From positions 11,255-63,102 of the forward strand of contig DPBR01000004.1 in assembly GCA_003516865.1 (NCBI GenBank): 51,848 nt of DNA, given 5' to 3'. Under the pieces are notes generated by a model. It had not been told where the DNA came from and searched no databases. It saw only the letters and a list, made by a program, of their open reading frames with translations. The first letter of the stretch is position 1, and each line of letters starts with the position of its first letter. Made by a program: the position numbers and the translations under genes. The DNA is from Oscillospiraceae bacterium (GTDB taxonomy: Bacteria > Bacillota > Clostridia > Oscillospirales > Ruminococcaceae). Shown in pieces: positions 50,373 to 51,848 of the stretch.

Positions 50373-51848
50373 ATGGCTAACGATAAAATTATAATTAAAG
50401 GCGCGCGCGAACATAATCTAAACAACATCGACGTTACAATTCCGCGCGATAAACTTGTTGTTCTGACGGGAGTATCGGGTTCGGGAAAATCCTCGCTCGC
50501 GTTCGACACGATTTTTGCGGACGGTCAGCGCCGTTATATGGAGAGCCTTTCAAGCTATGCGAGAATGTTTCTCGGTCAGATGGAAAAGCCCGACGTTGAC
50601 AGCATCGAGGGACTTTCGCCCGCAATCTCAATTGACCAGAAAACGACCTCGAAAAACCCGCGCTCAACAGTCGGCACGGTAACCGAAATTTACGACTATC
50701 TCCGACTTATGTACGCGAGAATAGGCATTCCTCACTGCCCTGTCTGCGGGCGTGAAATCCGCCAGCAGACTGTTGACGAGATTGTCGACAAGGTTATGGA
50801 GCTGCCCGAAAAGACGAAATTTCAGGTTCTCGCGCCTGTTGTCAGAGGTCGCAAGGGCGAGCATAAAAAAGAGTTTGAAAGCGCGAGAAAATCGGGCTTC
50901 GCAAGAGTTCGCGTTGATGGAATAACCTATGATTTATCCGAGAAAATATCGCTTGAAAAGAACATCAAGCACTCTATCGAGATTATCGTAGACCGCCTTG
51001 TGATAAAAGACGGCTTGAAATCGCGCCTTTCCGAGAGTATCGAGGCTGCAAGCGCGCTTACCGGCGGTCTGGTTTACATCGACGTCATTGACGGCGAGGA
51101 GCTTCACTTCTCGCAGAGCTATTCCTGCCCCGAGCACGGCGTTTCCGTGGACGAGCTTGTGCCGAGAATGTTCTCGTTCAACAACCCGTTCGGCGCCTGC
51201 CCCGAATGTACGGGACTCGGCGTTTACAAGCGAATCGACCCTGCGCTCATTCTCCCGAATATGGATTACTCGATTGCGGAAGGCGGCGTGAGAGCGCCCG
51301 GCTGGACTTACGGCGAGGGAACAATCGCCGCGATGTTCTTTGACGCGATATGTGAGAAAAACGGCTGCTCGCCAGAACAGCCGCTGTCAGAACTGCCCGA
51401 AAAGGCAATCGATGAAATTCTTTACGGTACTCACGGCGAGAAAATTCTCATAAAACGCCCGAAAAGACAGGGCGGCGGCGAGTATTACACAGATTTCGAG
51501 GGCGTCGCAAACAACCTTGAGCGCCGATATAAAGAATCCGCAAGCTCCTATTCAAGAGATTTTATTGAGGAATATATGAGCGACGCAGTCTGCCCGAAAT
51601 GCCACGGCGAGCGCCTTAACGACACCGCGCTTTCCGTTACGGTAAGCGGTAAAAATATAATGGATTTCTGCAAAATGTCGGTTTTAAAAGCGCTTGAATT
51701 TATCGATAATATTGAGCTTTCAAAGCGCGATATGCTGATTGCGGGTCAAATTCTCAAAGAAATCAAGTCGAGGCTGGGATTTTTGCGGTCTGTCGGTCTT
51801 GAATATCTCACTTTGTCGCGTTCCGCCGGCACGCTTTCGGGCGGCGAA
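50373..51848 (+). CDS. uvrA: Excinuclease ABC subunit A, 3'-truncated by the window end
   Basis: [25 protein letters not shown], zinc-finger CxxC motifs; ends in frame at TLSGGE. Absent from the ORF track because no stop is reached. Confidence 0.96.
   Translation, partial: MANDKIIIKGAREHNLNNIDVTIPRDKLVVLTGVSGSGKSSLAFDTIFADGQRRYMESLSSYARMFLGQMEKPDVDSIEGLSPAISIDQKTTSKNPRSTVGTVTEIYDYLRLMYARIGIPHCPVCGREIRQQTVDEIVDKVMELPEKTKFQVLAPVVRGRKGEHKKEFESARKSGFARVRVDGITYDLSEKISLEKNIKHSIEIIVDRLVIKDGLKSRLSESIEAASALTGGLVYIDVIDGEELHFSQSYSCPEHGVSVDELVPRMFSFNNPFGACPECTGLGVYKRIDPALILPNMDYSIAEGGVRAPGWTYGEGTIAAMFFDAICEKNGCSPEQPLSELPEKAIDEILYGTHGEKILIKRPKRQGGGEYYTDFEGVANNLERRYKESASSYSRDFIEEYMSDAVCPKCHGERLNDTALSVTVSGKNIMDFCKMSVLKALEFIDNIELSKRDMLIAGQILKEIKSRLGFLRSVGLEYLTLSRSAGTLSGGE

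Overview
Core chromosome of a spore-forming, cellulolytic Clostridia-class bacterium. Gene content and order suggest Oscillospiraceae/Ruminococcaceae (inference). From 118 to 47109 every real gene is on the minus strand: an orphan degenerate histidine kinase, pepF, tyrA and fba; a his operon (hisZ-G-D-B-H-A-F-I-E) interleaved with five passenger genes; hom-pyrH-frr-uppS-cdsA-dxr-rseP-ispG-polC; glgA, an AIM24-family gene, a SpoIVFB-like peptidase and a SipW-like pseudopeptidase; a lipoprotein CBM2-GH5 cellulase and an alpha/beta SASP; leuC/D/B interleaved with passengers; then ligA, yunB, an M18 aminopeptidase, a lytic transglycosylase, coaE, sua5, prfA and a DUF951 gene. After a divergent promoter region the plus strand carries tRNA-Lys(TTT), tRNA-Arg(CCG), radC, uvrB and the 5' half of uvrA. 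I found no integrase, transposase, prophage, CRISPR array, intron or intein. I cannot support a clearly new multi-gene system. The best leads are: (i) a lipoprotein inside the his operon with a duplicated Cys/His amidase-like domain (one intact copy, one inactive), its own promoter and a perfect cre/LacI-type operator; (ii) systematic, tightly coupled insertion of passenger genes between biosynthetic genes; (iii) two apparent pseudoenzymes; (iv) long inverted repeats over the his and uvrB promoters, plus LexA-like boxes, one upstream of the SASP gene.
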